In this document: positions 34,027-43,667 of the stretch, piece after piece | Numbering within the stretch: the stretch's first letter is position 1 | How the letters are laid out: each line of letters begins with the position of its first letter | IMG/VR virus record: IMGVR_UViG_3300032261_000011 | Location: 1-48,886 of that record | Length of the DNA stretch: 48,886 bases | DNA from: a virus | Lineage: Duplodnaviria; Caudoviricetes | Reading direction: 5' to 3' (one strand) | Translations under genes and position numbers: made by a program | The notes under the pieces: generated by a model | Database searches by the model: none | What the model was told of the DNA's origin: nothing | Seen by the model: only the letters and a program-made list of their open reading frames with translations

Positions 34027-35507
34027 GGATTGTTGACACATCAAGGTTCAAGTCGAATGAACTCCGGCCCTCTGAGAGAGAGTGGGTTTATAACGGGCTT
34101 GACTGCATGGTCACGGCTGAAGTGTTCCAAGTGCTCGAACGACAGTTGGATTCTATCACGTCACAGGTGTACTCGTTTTCAAAAGCTCTACAAGGCCCGG
34201 TGCTCGACATGCGGCTTCGAGGCATTCTGGTCGATAAGGTTCGTCGTAGCGAAGTCATCGAAGCCTATGAAGACAAAATCGACACCCTTGAAAGCGCCCT
34301 CTACCGAATAACCACCGAAGCCTATGGCGTGTATAGCTTCAACTGGCGTTCGTTCCAAGATCTAAGGAGTCTATTCTATGGAACCCTCAAAATCCCTCCC
34401 ATCAGAAACATGGGAGTCATCACCACGGATCGAGATGCTTTGGAGCGACTTGAATCCTACCGAGTTGCAGCGCCTGCTATCGTTCTTATCAAAGCACTTC
34501 GAGATTTGGGAAAGAGAATCTCCTTCCTTAAAACTGAGGTTGACTCTGATGGTCGAATGAGAACAAGCTATAACATCGCAGGGACGGAGACAGGTCGTTT
34601 TTCATCAAGCCTTAGTGAATTTGGGACTGGTACCAACCTCCAAAACGTTGAAGACCTTTTGCGGTCCATCTTCATTGCAGACGAAGGAATGAAGTTGGCT
34701 TACTTTGATGCCAAACAAGGAGAATCCCGCTGTGTCGGAGCAATCGAGTGGAACCAATTTCGAGATGGGCAATACCTTGAAGCTTGTGAAGGAGGGGACT
34801 TGCACACCTCAGTGGCTAAGATCTGTTGGCCTGAACTTCCTTGGACAGGAGATCTTGCGGTTGACACAAAACTGGCAGAGCAACCGTATTATCGTCACCA
34901 TTCGCGAAGGTACATGGCAAAACGACTCGGTCACGGTACTAATTATGGGGGAAAAGTTCGTACCATGTCCGAACAAACCAAAATCCCAATCGACGCCGTT
35001 GAAGACTTCCAAGCCGCTTACGAGAAAGCGTTCCCGACACATCAAAAGTGGCGAGAAGCGGTAGATCGTCAACTCAAGACTTACGGTTATCTTGTCTCTC
35101 TAACCGGCCGGAGAAGGCATTTCTTTGGTCGGCGTGACGCTGGCGAAACGTTGCGCGAAGCGATTGCCTTTGATCCCCAAGGCAGTCTTGCGGACATTGT
35201 TAATAAGGGGATGCTCCAAGTGTGGAAACAGAATAACTGCCAACTGCTACTCCAGAATCATGACGCAATAGTCATACAATTCGAACAGGAGCGAGAAGAT
35301 GAAATCATCCCGTTGGTTATCAAGCAACTTGAAGTCCCCATTCAACTCAAATACGGACGGACCTTCACTATCCCTTACGGTGCCAAGACGGGTTGGAATT
35401 GGGGCGAGCTAACCAAAGATAACCCGGATGGCCTCAAGGAGTTCAACCCCGGCGATAAACGGGCCAGGACACCGCCGGTGCCGCTCTTGGATCGAATCTT
35501 TCGTTGA
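34023..35507 (+). CDS. polA: Family A DNA polymerase (Exo III motif plus polymerase domain)
   Basis: YNGLDC (Exo III), TETGRFSS, NLQN, motif A FDAKQGESR, GDLH, motif B RYMAKRLGHGTNYG, PQG, motif C NHDA. Confidence 0.95.
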   Translation: MRIVDTSRFKSNELRPSEREWVYNGLDCMVTAEVFQVLERQLDSITSQVYSFSKALQGPVLDMRLRGILVDKVRRSEVIEAYEDKIDTLESALYRITTEAYGVYSFNWRSFQDLRSLFYGTLKIPPIRNMGVITTDRDALERLESYRVAAPAIVLIKALRDLGKRISFLKTEVDSDGRMRTSYNIAGTETGRFSSSLSEFGTGTNLQNVEDLLRSIFIADEGMKLAYFDAKQGESRCVGAIEWNQFRDGQYLEACEGGDLHTSVAKICWPELPWTGDLAVDTKLAEQPYYRHHSRRYMAKRLGHGTNYGGKVRTMSEQTKIPIDAVEDFQAAYEKAFPTHQKWREAVDRQLKTYGYLVSLTGRRRHFFGRRDAGETLREAIAFDPQGSLADIVNKGMLQVWKQNNCQLLLQNHDAIVIQFEQEREDEIIPLVIKQLEVPIQLKYGRTFTIPYGAKTGWNWGELTKDNPDGLKEFNPGDKRARTPPVPLLDRIFR

Positions 35508-36627
35508 GCATACAGCCAACCTTGAAGCCGCCCCATTGTATCGTAAGTGGGCAGCAATCAGTCTTCTCGCTGCAACTCTCGAACAGAAGGTATCCATAGA
35601 CACTGGTTCCCTGCTCTACCCTAACCTATACGTCTTTCTCGTTGGACGTCCAGGCATAGGGAAGAGTAGAACAATCACGGCTGCTCTCTCGGTTTTCAGG
35701 GAACTACCCGACCCCAAGGTTGGAGCAACCTCAATGACAATGGCCGCATTGGTGGATCACCTCCACGAATCAAAACGGGTAATCATCCGTCAAGGCGAGC
35801 CTACCATCGATTATAACACCATGCTCATTGCGGCTGACGAACTCTCCGCATTCATGGACACCTTCGAGACTGGCCTTATTGCCGGTCTAACCACATTCTA
35901 TGATTGCGTGCCATATTCCCAAGGCCGCCGCGTTAAGGACATTCGCATTAAGATCGCCGCGCCGCAACTGAACATCCTATCGGGTACTACCCCCTCTAAT
36001 CTAATGCGGTTCATTCCCGATTACGCCTGGGAGCAAGGATTCACGTCCCGCGTCATTATGGTGTACGCTGAGGATCAACCACTCATTGACATCTTCAACA
36101 CCCCAAAGCCAGAGAAAGCTGTCGATCTAATCCACGACCTTAAAGTGATTAACGCATTAAGTGGAATCTGCGGTTGGAACGATGAATACGCCAACGCTAT
36201 GAACAACTGGAAGACTCTCGGTTGTCCACCAAAGCCTGAGCATCCTAAGCTAGAACATTACTGTTCCCGCCGGTTCAGTCACCTCTTAAAGCTAACCATG
36301 ATTGCTAACGTTGATCGCGTTGGTGACCTTTACCTGACCAAAGAAGACTTCAATAAGGCTATGGGTTGGTTACTCGAAGTGGAACTGGCAATGCCGAACG
36401 TCTTTACTCAAGGCTTTATTATCGCGGATGCTAAGGTTATGGACGAGATACATCATCACCTTAAAGGCTTTCCTGATGGCCTTGATGAAATGAGGTTACT
36501 CCGGTTCGCCAAGAATCTAATTCCCCTCCAAACCATAACCAAAGTATTCGCGATTATGGAGCAGAGTGGAATGATTAAGGCCGTCAATATCACCAAAGAA
36601 GGTTTGCGAACCTACAAGGCTCAATGA
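35428..36627 (+). CDS. DUF3987-like P-loop ATPase (putative replicative helicase)
   Basis: YPNLYVFLVGRPGIGKS, ADELSAF, LTTFYD, LSGTTP, GFTSRVI; C-terminal winged-helix-like region. Confidence 0.8.
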   Translation: MASRSSTPAINGPGHRRCRSWIESFVEHTANLEAAPLYRKWAAISLLAATLEQKVSIDTGSLLYPNLYVFLVGRPGIGKSRTITAALSVFRELPDPKVGATSMTMAALVDHLHESKRVIIRQGEPTIDYNTMLIAADELSAFMDTFETGLIAGLTTFYDCVPYSQGRRVKDIRIKIAAPQLNILSGTTPSNLMRFIPDYAWEQGFTSRVIMVYAEDQPLIDIFNTPKPEKAVDLIHDLKVINALSGICGWNDEYANAMNNWKTLGCPPKPEHPKLEHYCSRRFSHLLKLTMIANVDRVGDLYLTKEDFNKAMGWLLEVELAMPNVFTQGFIIADAKVMDEIHHHLKGFPDGLDEMRLLRFAKNLIPLQTITKVFAIMEQSGMIKAVNITKEGLRTYKAQ

Positions 36628-36660
36628 AAAAGAAGGGAAGGCCGAGCCAACAACCTTCCC
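36627..36660 (-). terminator. Terminator between the convergent arms
   Basis: GGGAAGG...CCTTCCC stem followed by TTCTTTTT on the minus strand. Confidence 0.65.
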
Positions 36661-36664
36661 AAGT

Positions 36665-37630
36665 TTAGGCGTTCGGGTAGATTACCTCAACCTCGTCATC
36701 AGTGTTGAGTCCCAGGGCCTCCATAAGTCCAGGACTCAGGTCCGCCACTCTCCCAGTATTCTCGTTTGGTCCCCAATCGGCAGGCCAAGCTAGAAACTCC
36801 TTACCATTAGCCCGAACGATTGCTTGGTAAGACGGATCAAGCAATGCTGTCTTTGGCGTTATCTCATAGTCCCATCTGCAAGCGACGTAGAAGATTCCCG
36901 GATTCAATCTTCTAGCCAATCCAGTTGTTCCTTCTGGTTGCGTAGGAAGAAACAAGTGTGGTGCGTCATCATATTCATAGATAAACGCTAATCCTTCATC
37001 TAACGTCACGCCAGTATCTTCAGGACCACCAAAGTGGCTGCATCTACCTGAGGTGTGGAACATCCATTCTTCTGGCGGTTGGATTGTCGGTGTTGTCTCT
37101 TTGGCTTCTTCACCTGATAGAGCCTCCGAGATGGCTCGACAGATTGCATCAAAGTGCTCTCCGTAAAGAGTAGCGTCGGCCGAAGAATCAACGAAGCAAA
37201 CTTCAATCAAGATTGCTGTCTCTTCCGTATGGTTCAGGAAGAACAAGCCAGTTGTATGCTTTGGCCCTCGATCAGTGAAATGACCCGCTGCTGCAAGAGG
37301 TGGGGATACCTTCTTGGCCCACGCTTTTCCCGAATCCGAAGCGTACCAAGTCTCGGTTCCTCTTGGCTCATGAGTTGTCTCAAAGGCATTGAAGTGGACA
37401 CTAACGTCAAGATCTCTTGCTTGATTGTTATGGAAGTCAACGATCCTATTGAGGTTCTCGTCCACGTCGTTGCTAACGTCATCATGGAAGACATCGACGC
37501 TAACGCCAGCATCTCCAAGATAGTCTGCAACGTGCTCAACGACTCGCCTTGCTTCATCGACTTCATTGAGATAACCTGAAGCGCCTTGAACGTACTTGCC
37601 GTGTCCACTTGATATGACTATTCTCATCAT
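36665..37630 (-). CDS. Endolysin: N-acetylmuramoyl-L-alanine amidase (Amidase_3) plus C-terminal DPBB-like domain
   Basis: ISSGHG..E, VSVHFNA, ILIEVCFVDS; C-terminal CSHFGG..ACRW..ADWGP..RVADLS. Confidence 0.88.
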   Translation of the reverse strand: MMRIVISSGHGKYVQGASGYLNEVDEARRVVEHVADYLGDAGVSVDVFHDDVSNDVDENLNRIVDFHNNQARDLDVSVHFNAFETTHEPRGTETWYASDSGKAWAKKVSPPLAAAGHFTDRGPKHTTGLFFLNHTEETAILIEVCFVDSSADATLYGEHFDAICRAISEALSGEEAKETTPTIQPPEEWMFHTSGRCSHFGGPEDTGVTLDEGLAFIYEYDDAPHLFLPTQPEGTTGLARRLNPGIFYVACRWDYEITPKTALLDPSYQAIVRANGKEFLAWPADWGPNENTGRVADLSPGLMEALGLNTDDEVEVIYPNA

Positions 37631-37938
37631 CGCCTCTCCTGCTCTCGCTTCGCAATTTGTTCAGCAGCCATTTCGTAGCCTTTTCGCGTATTCTGTAGGC
37701 CCCTACGGAAGTTTGACGCATCATTGATTCCGTGAGTCAACCAAACTCCAAATAGCTTAACTATCTGATCATGATAGGCGTCATCAAGTGCCCGTTTATC
37801 CAGTTCAAGCAGCTTGGCATTGAATGGAACGCCTGCATAAAGTTGTGGTTCTCCTTCACCTTGCGTTTCGATCCGTGTGTATAAACCCGCAAGTATCAAT
37901 AGAAGAATGACTATTAAAATAACGATTATTGGCCTCAA
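37627..37938 (-). CDS. Single-pass membrane protein upstream of the endolysin (lysis accessory candidate)
   Basis: GGAGG SD before TTG 37938; IIVILIVILLLILAGLY transmembrane segment followed by a helical soluble domain. Confidence 0.6.
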   Translation of the reverse strand: MRPIIVILIVILLLILAGLYTRIETQGEGEPQLYAGVPFNAKLLELDKRALDDAYHDQIVKLFGVWLTHGINDASNFRRGLQNTRKGYEMAAEQIAKREQERR

Positions 37939-40900
37939 CGGTGCCTCCGTCGCAGAGGCTTTGGCTTTCCGGTTCCCTCCTTCAATCCATGCAACCAATC
38001 TCCAACACCTGATGGATGCTCCATGTTATGATAGTACCGATACAGATATTGCGCTGCCTTGGCTTCCGTTTGATTCGTTAGTCCCGTTAGTACGCCGAAT
38101 GTGATAATGAAGTTCTTTAACGCCTTTGCTGACCGTTCTCCAGTCCAAGGTTTCCCTTGTGCCCAATCAACAATGTCCTTTACAGATTCAAGGACGAGCT
38201 TCTCGCTCGTATCGAATATGCTCTGTTGCCCTTCTCTCCCCCAAAAGAAATCACGCATAAACGATCGAACGGCAATCCATGAACTTGTCATGCTGAATGC
38301 GGTTGCAGCTAGTCCACGAGCAGCTTTTTCTCCCCAAGACTTTGATTCATCATCCCACAATGGGGTAACCAACTCTTCAACGGCAGCGACACCAGCAATA
38401 TACGAAAGAAACATAAATGGAAGCGGTTTCACCAACTGCTTCGCATCCTGAACATCGCCCTTCTTCCATTCGTAACGAGCGTCCTTTGCTCTCCATGCCA
38501 TCTCGTATTGCTTCTGTCCAATGTGACTAAAGAAATTATACAATGAACCGTATGACTTGATGATTGGATTCCGACTGGATGCTACCTTTGGCCAGTTCGT
38601 TACAGCCGAAGATCCATGCGCTTGCCTAACGCTGGTATCTGCAATGTACTTTGCATCCTCAACGGTTTCCCCTGCGCGAAGGGCTTTTCGGTATGCAGCA
38701 TTCCAAGTCGGAACCGCCGTTGCCAAATCGAAGAATCCAACCATCTGACCGCCCAAAGCCAACATTGCCTGCCGCGGTGACGACCGCAGCAAGTGCATTG
38801 GAGCTTGACCTTGACTGTATTCGGTCCAAGTCTTGGTTCGTCGATCCAGTTCTCCACTATTGTCCATTGCAAAGCGCCAGTTCGTCTTCCCAACCTCGTC
38901 GCTCTTTCCCCATATGTGGGCTACTTCTCGAAGGAAATTTAAGGGACCAACCTGTTGCAATGAATTGATCCCGGCTGTCAAAGAATGCTTCGCTACGACA
39001 TTCAGGTTGAATCCAATCAATGTTCCAATCGTGTTCTGGCGAATGCCCTCTATCACCCTTCCGAACAGTCCTAGGTTAACTTGATTGTTAGCGTTGGCAA
39101 CGTCCCGTACCCATTCTTTCATCCAATTGACTTCCTCCCTACCGAGATGCTTTAACATGGCTTTCTGAAGATCTTCTCTCCATAGGATCTTTTGGGCTTG
39201 AAGAATGGCTGGCCTGAAGTTGATGTCATGGATCATCTCCTTCATTCGTTGTGGAATGATATCAAGGTCCAGTTCTTGATCCCCAACGAAAGTAGTCCGT
39301 TCTTTGGTCCATCCCCGATTCGTCGTAATCGGTTTGAATCCCGGTTGGTTGACTGTATTCGCCAGTATCTTCTCTTCGGTTATTGGTTCTCTATCTGGCC
39401 CGAACTTCTGGTAGTCTATGGGGTGATGCCAACCGCGGTAAGTACCATAAGGCGTTGTAAGCGGCTCAATAGGGTTCTTCTTGATTGGAACGCCCCCTGT
39501 CTCATAGGACATTCTATCGCCCTTACGAAACAGTTCTTCCAATAGATCGCCAATCTTTTGCTGCCGATCTAAGTCCTCCTTCGTTATTCCCCGTTTTGGA
39601 TCGAATAACCATGCTGCCAGCGATTGTTCTGTCATCCCTGGTTGGGACTTTATGAACTTATCCCTTGCTACTGGATCACCATAGATTGACAGAATCCCTA
39701 AAACCTGCCGCTTACGCAAGGGAAGGTTCTCATCACTAAAGATTCCCTCCTTAATGAGTCCATTCTTGATCTTCTTGTTTGCTCCAGGAATCTTGCCAAC
39801 CGCCGCTCTTAACTTCGCCTGATACTCACGAAGCATCAAATGTTCGTTGTCAGCGGCTTGAGCCATTGGCCTGACGACAAATTGATTGAAGTCACCCCTA
39901 ATGTTGCCCCGATCCAACCGATTCATTATGCTTTCGGCCGTCAAGTGGGCAACCCTAACCTGATTCCAAAGCGCAACCGCCCTTTCTGATGTAGCAGCTA
40001 CGCCTTTGGGAAGGAACTTAGATGGAAAATGTTTCGGTTGCATCGGCGGAAGAACGTCCTCAATCTTCTCCACCATCCGCTCAATGGTTTCATCAAGGTC
40101 GACCACTTGTTGGCCTTTGAAGATCTTCCCATCCATTCGGGCATTCCATTCCAAGGACTTCAGCGAATCATGAATATCCCTAAAATCCTCAACGGTCATT
40201 TCATCAATGTTTCGCATCTCCTTGGAGTCAAGGAGCCAATCGGGAATTTGGATGTTCCTTCGGTTAGCCAGCTTATGGTCGATAAAATCGTTCAGTGTCT
40301 TAAACTTGGTTAGCTCCATATTCTTCTGAAGGTTCACTGGATCAATGTCGATCTTACCTTCAAGCCGCATAACGATTTCTTGCATGAACGGAACGTACTC
40401 TTGGGATACTCCAGGCACGGCAGTCTTGCTGAACCGCTTCATTATCCTTTCGACATTATTACGCATCTTCTCCAACTTCATCGTTTCTTTAGCTTGGAGA
40501 GCCGCAATTTGCCGTCGTTGTGCCCATTCATACGCGCTGTCCCATTTCTGTTTGAGCATCTCCTTTTCAATCTCTCGCCCCGCTTTCCCACTCTCGCGCA
40601 AGGATTTTTCGGTTGAGATATCCTTCATCAGCTTGTCATTGAGGGCAGCATCGGCCATCCGCTGAAAGTCTTCCTTCATGAATGGTTGAGCAACGCCAGC
40701 CTTCTGACCAAAGAGATACGTTTCTTCAGCCAACCTATCCAATTCGCTAGGATGGAGAATGTCCTGTCTTAATCCATCGAGAATGTCTTTGGCCGGAACC
40801 CCGAACTCATTAGCCATTCGAGAGGCAACCTGCTCATCAACCAGACTTTGAATGTAGTTTCTGAACGGAATCCTCCCCTGCCGTTGAGAAACCGCGATTA

Positions 40901-43667
40901 GGTTCTGAACGAACTCGTCGCCCGTTTCGAACCCAAACATCCCCGCCATCTCGTCTGGGTCCATTCCTCCTTTCTTCATGAAGGTATCAGGAAGGCCACC
41001 TTGTTGATCCTTACTGAGAGCATCGCGGTTCAACTTTGGTGGCGCTCCAATCTTCTTACCCAAGTAGACACCATTACGCATGAAGTCCATTGCAGCGATT
41101 TCAGGTCGCTGCATCAGTAAGTCACGTTCTTCAGCCTCAACAACCGGGAGGTTATCCCTCCACTCTTTGCTCATCCGCCGCATCTCCAGCTTATGAGCCC
41201 GCTCTAGTATCTTCTGGCTCTTCCTGAGTTCCCCGGCCTTGACCAGCTTCTCCCAACGAGCCAGCATGTCCTTTGTTACACCGACGGCCTTGGCCTCTTG
41301 CACCCCCAGTTTTGGTGGTGCCTTCCGTTCTGGTACTGCCTTTGGAGCTTCTATTCCCCTTGGACCAAACATGTTCTTTTGGTCTTCAGTTATTCGATCA
41401 AAGGCCATCAATGCTACTTCAAGTGCGTTCGTATCTTCTTCTGGTAATCCCAGGACTCTACGAATGAACTCAACAGCGGCCTGCCACATAGTTTTGCCGC
41501 GCCATTCCTTCATATTAAGACGTTCGGCAATCCTTGCATTCAATGGTGTATCTATCAATGCCTGCTGAAAATCTCTATCAAAGATCCCCGCTATAAATTC
41601 GTGTTCATCTTCCATAAAGTAAGCGAACTTCTTTATCAATTCTGGATTCGCTTCAGCAACCAGATCCCTTACTCCCTTTGCCAAGGCACCGCTACTAGGA
41701 TTCCTGTAAATAGCCCTGGTTGTTATTGCATGGATGGACTCGTGGAGCATAATCCAACGCAAGCCTCTTGGATCTCCACCCATGTAATCATATTCGGAGA
41801 TAACTACATGATTACGAATTGAGTCATAATAAGCTCCTTGTTCAAGTCTTAAACTAGTTTTGTACCATTCTTCGTTACTGACAATGTGAACTGGAACTTC
41901 CCCAGATATCTCCTTGATCCTTTTTGCCAGCGCCTTATATAGATTGGATATAGAATCCTGCACCTTATTGATTTGAATCTCATTGAGGGCTCTCTCCAAT
42001 GTAGTCGAACCTAAAGGTCTAGTTCTTTCAAGCATCCCTTCCTTTGTTATACCAGGAAGTGCAATATCTTCCGTTGCAGGTTCAACTCCAAAAATTCCTT
42101 TTGGTCCCTTCTCAAAGTATTCTCTTGGGGTCAATAGAATACCTGGAATTGGCTTTAGACCTGCCGCCCGTTGAACGGTATCGTATGGATCTTCTGCTTC
42201 TGGAGGCTTCGGCGTTGGTGGTTCTTTTCCTATCCTTCGAGCATACTCATCGCGTTCTGCTTTGGCTTCTTGCCAATCTTGATAAGCCTGATCCTTTTCA
42301 GCCTCTCTAGCCGGATCAAAGACAGTCTTGTCAAATTCCTTCCGACGAAATTCAGCAAGATCATCCAAATTCTCTAAATGCTTATCCTGAAGCTCAGCGG
42401 TTTCTTTCTTGCTCTCAACTTCGGCCTTAGTTAACCCGGACGACCGAACCCTGCGGTCATCTGCAAGGGCCTTTCTAATCTCTTTGTCAACCCATGTGAC
42501 CCAATCATGGACCGGTATCTCAACATCTCCGCCAGTTGATGCGGCCGAGCGGATCTTCTGAAGAATATCCGGTACCCGTCCAAGTAAATTGTCCTCAGGG
42601 GAAGGTTCCTTGTCGCCATAAATTCTACGAATTGCGTCGTAGGGTATCCCAATCTTTGCATCCTTGGCGATGATCCTCGGGAGATTCTGAAATATCTCCG
42701 GCGAGATTTCGCGCGTCTCAGAACGGTCAGCGGCCGATTCGATATCGTCAAAGTGTTGGGCATCTAGTTGTGCCTCTCTCGCCTTCCCCTCATCAATCAA
42801 TGGATCAACACCAACCGGAACGTTCTCTTCAGCTTTAACGAATGGCTCAACCTTGTCCGCTACTTGTCCAACTTTAGCGGGGTCAGCCTTTGCAAGATCT
42901 CTCGCGCCCTTGACTCCTGCCAGTGCCAACAGCACCATCGCGTAGCCTTCAACCGTATCAATAGGAACACCAAGGTACTCAGCAAGAGGCCTCGTGACGG
43001 CTGTTCTACCTGCTCCTAGAATTGGTGAAATCGCGATTTGCGCTGGTGCAAACAACGCTTGAACCATCTCGCCTCGACCAAGTTGCTTCCTTAATAGGTC
43101 AGCTTGCCGCTCGATAACTTTCGGATCTATTCCCTGCTCCTGCCATTTCTTTATGGTCGTTTGAACAATTTCTTCTGTCTCTGGAGTAATCCCTGGCTTT
43201 GCAGCTTCAACAAGTTGACGGAATCCCGACTTAGCAATGTCCCAAGTATCCGAAAAGACCTGTTTCGGATCGGATAACATTCTCCCGCCTGGAGTGCTCT
43301 TTAGCACCTCTAGTCCAGGACCATAAGCTTTCTTCATAAAGTCGGAGAAGTCAGAAAGATTATGCCAATCGTTCTGGCTAACGCTGGCAGCGAGGGGATG
43401 CGATTCAAGGTACGATTGAAGGTTCGGATCGAAATGGATGATATTATGGGTTAGATTCTGCTTATGCGCCTTGGCAACTTCATCGAGATTCCTAGCAGCA
43501 TCTATCGGATCAATGCCGGTATCCTCAGCAATTCCCGCCGCTTTGGCTGCTTTGTCAGCCTCAAAGTCTGGAGCCCGTTGAATACGCCATTGGTTCTGTT
43601 GCTCATAATCTCTATTGATGCTTTCAGCGATTTCTTGGTCGCTTCTTGGGTCAAGAGCCGTTGGCAT
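37935..43667 (-). CDS. Large internal virion (ejection) protein with HExxH domain (1910 aa)
   Basis: Size and position as the last core gene; helical; GAYYD...VVIS...MLHESIHA...HEFIA. Confidence 0.8.
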   Translation of the reverse strand: MPTALDPRSDQEIAESINRDYEQQNQWRIQRAPDFEADKAAKAAGIAEDTGIDPIDAARNLDEVAKAHKQNLTHNIIHFDPNLQSYLESHPLAASVSQNDWHNLSDFSDFMKKAYGPGLEVLKSTPGGRMLSDPKQVFSDTWDIAKSGFRQLVEAAKPGITPETEEIVQTTIKKWQEQGIDPKVIERQADLLRKQLGRGEMVQALFAPAQIAISPILGAGRTAVTRPLAEYLGVPIDTVEGYAMVLLALAGVKGARDLAKADPAKVGQVADKVEPFVKAEENVPVGVDPLIDEGKAREAQLDAQHFDDIESAADRSETREISPEIFQNLPRIIAKDAKIGIPYDAIRRIYGDKEPSPEDNLLGRVPDILQKIRSAASTGGDVEIPVHDWVTWVDKEIRKALADDRRVRSSGLTKAEVESKKETAELQDKHLENLDDLAEFRRKEFDKTVFDPAREAEKDQAYQDWQEAKAERDEYARRIGKEPPTPKPPEAEDPYDTVQRAAGLKPIPGILLTPREYFEKGPKGIFGVEPATEDIALPGITKEGMLERTRPLGSTTLERALNEIQINKVQDSISNLYKALAKRIKEISGEVPVHIVSNEEWYKTSLRLEQGAYYDSIRNHVVISEYDYMGGDPRGLRWIMLHESIHAITTRAIYRNPSSGALAKGVRDLVAEANPELIKKFAYFMEDEHEFIAGIFDRDFQQALIDTPLNARIAERLNMKEWRGKTMWQAAVEFIRRVLGLPEEDTNALEVALMAFDRITEDQKNMFGPRGIEAPKAVPERKAPPKLGVQEAKAVGVTKDMLARWEKLVKAGELRKSQKILERAHKLEMRRMSKEWRDNLPVVEAEERDLLMQRPEIAAMDFMRNGVYLGKKIGAPPKLNRDALSKDQQGGLPDTFMKKGGMDPDEMAGMFGFETGDEFVQNLIAVSQRQGRIPFRNYIQSLVDEQVASRMANEFGVPAKDILDGLRQDILHPSELDRLAEETYLFGQKAGVAQPFMKEDFQRMADAALNDKLMKDISTEKSLRESGKAGREIEKEMLKQKWDSAYEWAQRRQIAALQAKETMKLEKMRNNVERIMKRFSKTAVPGVSQEYVPFMQEIVMRLEGKIDIDPVNLQKNMELTKFKTLNDFIDHKLANRRNIQIPDWLLDSKEMRNIDEMTVEDFRDIHDSLKSLEWNARMDGKIFKGQQVVDLDETIERMVEKIEDVLPPMQPKHFPSKFLPKGVAATSERAVALWNQVRVAHLTAESIMNRLDRGNIRGDFNQFVVRPMAQAADNEHLMLREYQAKLRAAVGKIPGANKKIKNGLIKEGIFSDENLPLRKRQVLGILSIYGDPVARDKFIKSQPGMTEQSLAAWLFDPKRGITKEDLDRQQKIGDLLEELFRKGDRMSYETGGVPIKKNPIEPLTTPYGTYRGWHHPIDYQKFGPDREPITEEKILANTVNQPGFKPITTNRGWTKERTTFVGDQELDLDIIPQRMKEMIHDINFRPAILQAQKILWREDLQKAMLKHLGREEVNWMKEWVRDVANANNQVNLGLFGRVIEGIRQNTIGTLIGFNLNVVAKHSLTAGINSLQQVGPLNFLREVAHIWGKSDEVGKTNWRFAMDNSGELDRRTKTWTEYSQGQAPMHLLRSSPRQAMLALGGQMVGFFDLATAVPTWNAAYRKALRAGETVEDAKYIADTSVRQAHGSSAVTNWPKVASSRNPIIKSYGSLYNFFSHIGQKQYEMAWRAKDARYEWKKGDVQDAKQLVKPLPFMFLSYIAGVAAVEELVTPLWDDESKSWGEKAARGLAATAFSMTSSWIAVRSFMRDFFWGREGQQSIFDTSEKLVLESVKDIVDWAQGKPWTGERSAKALKNFIITFGVLTGLTNQTEAKAAQYLYRYYHNMEHPSGVGDWLHGLKEGTGKPKPLRRRHR

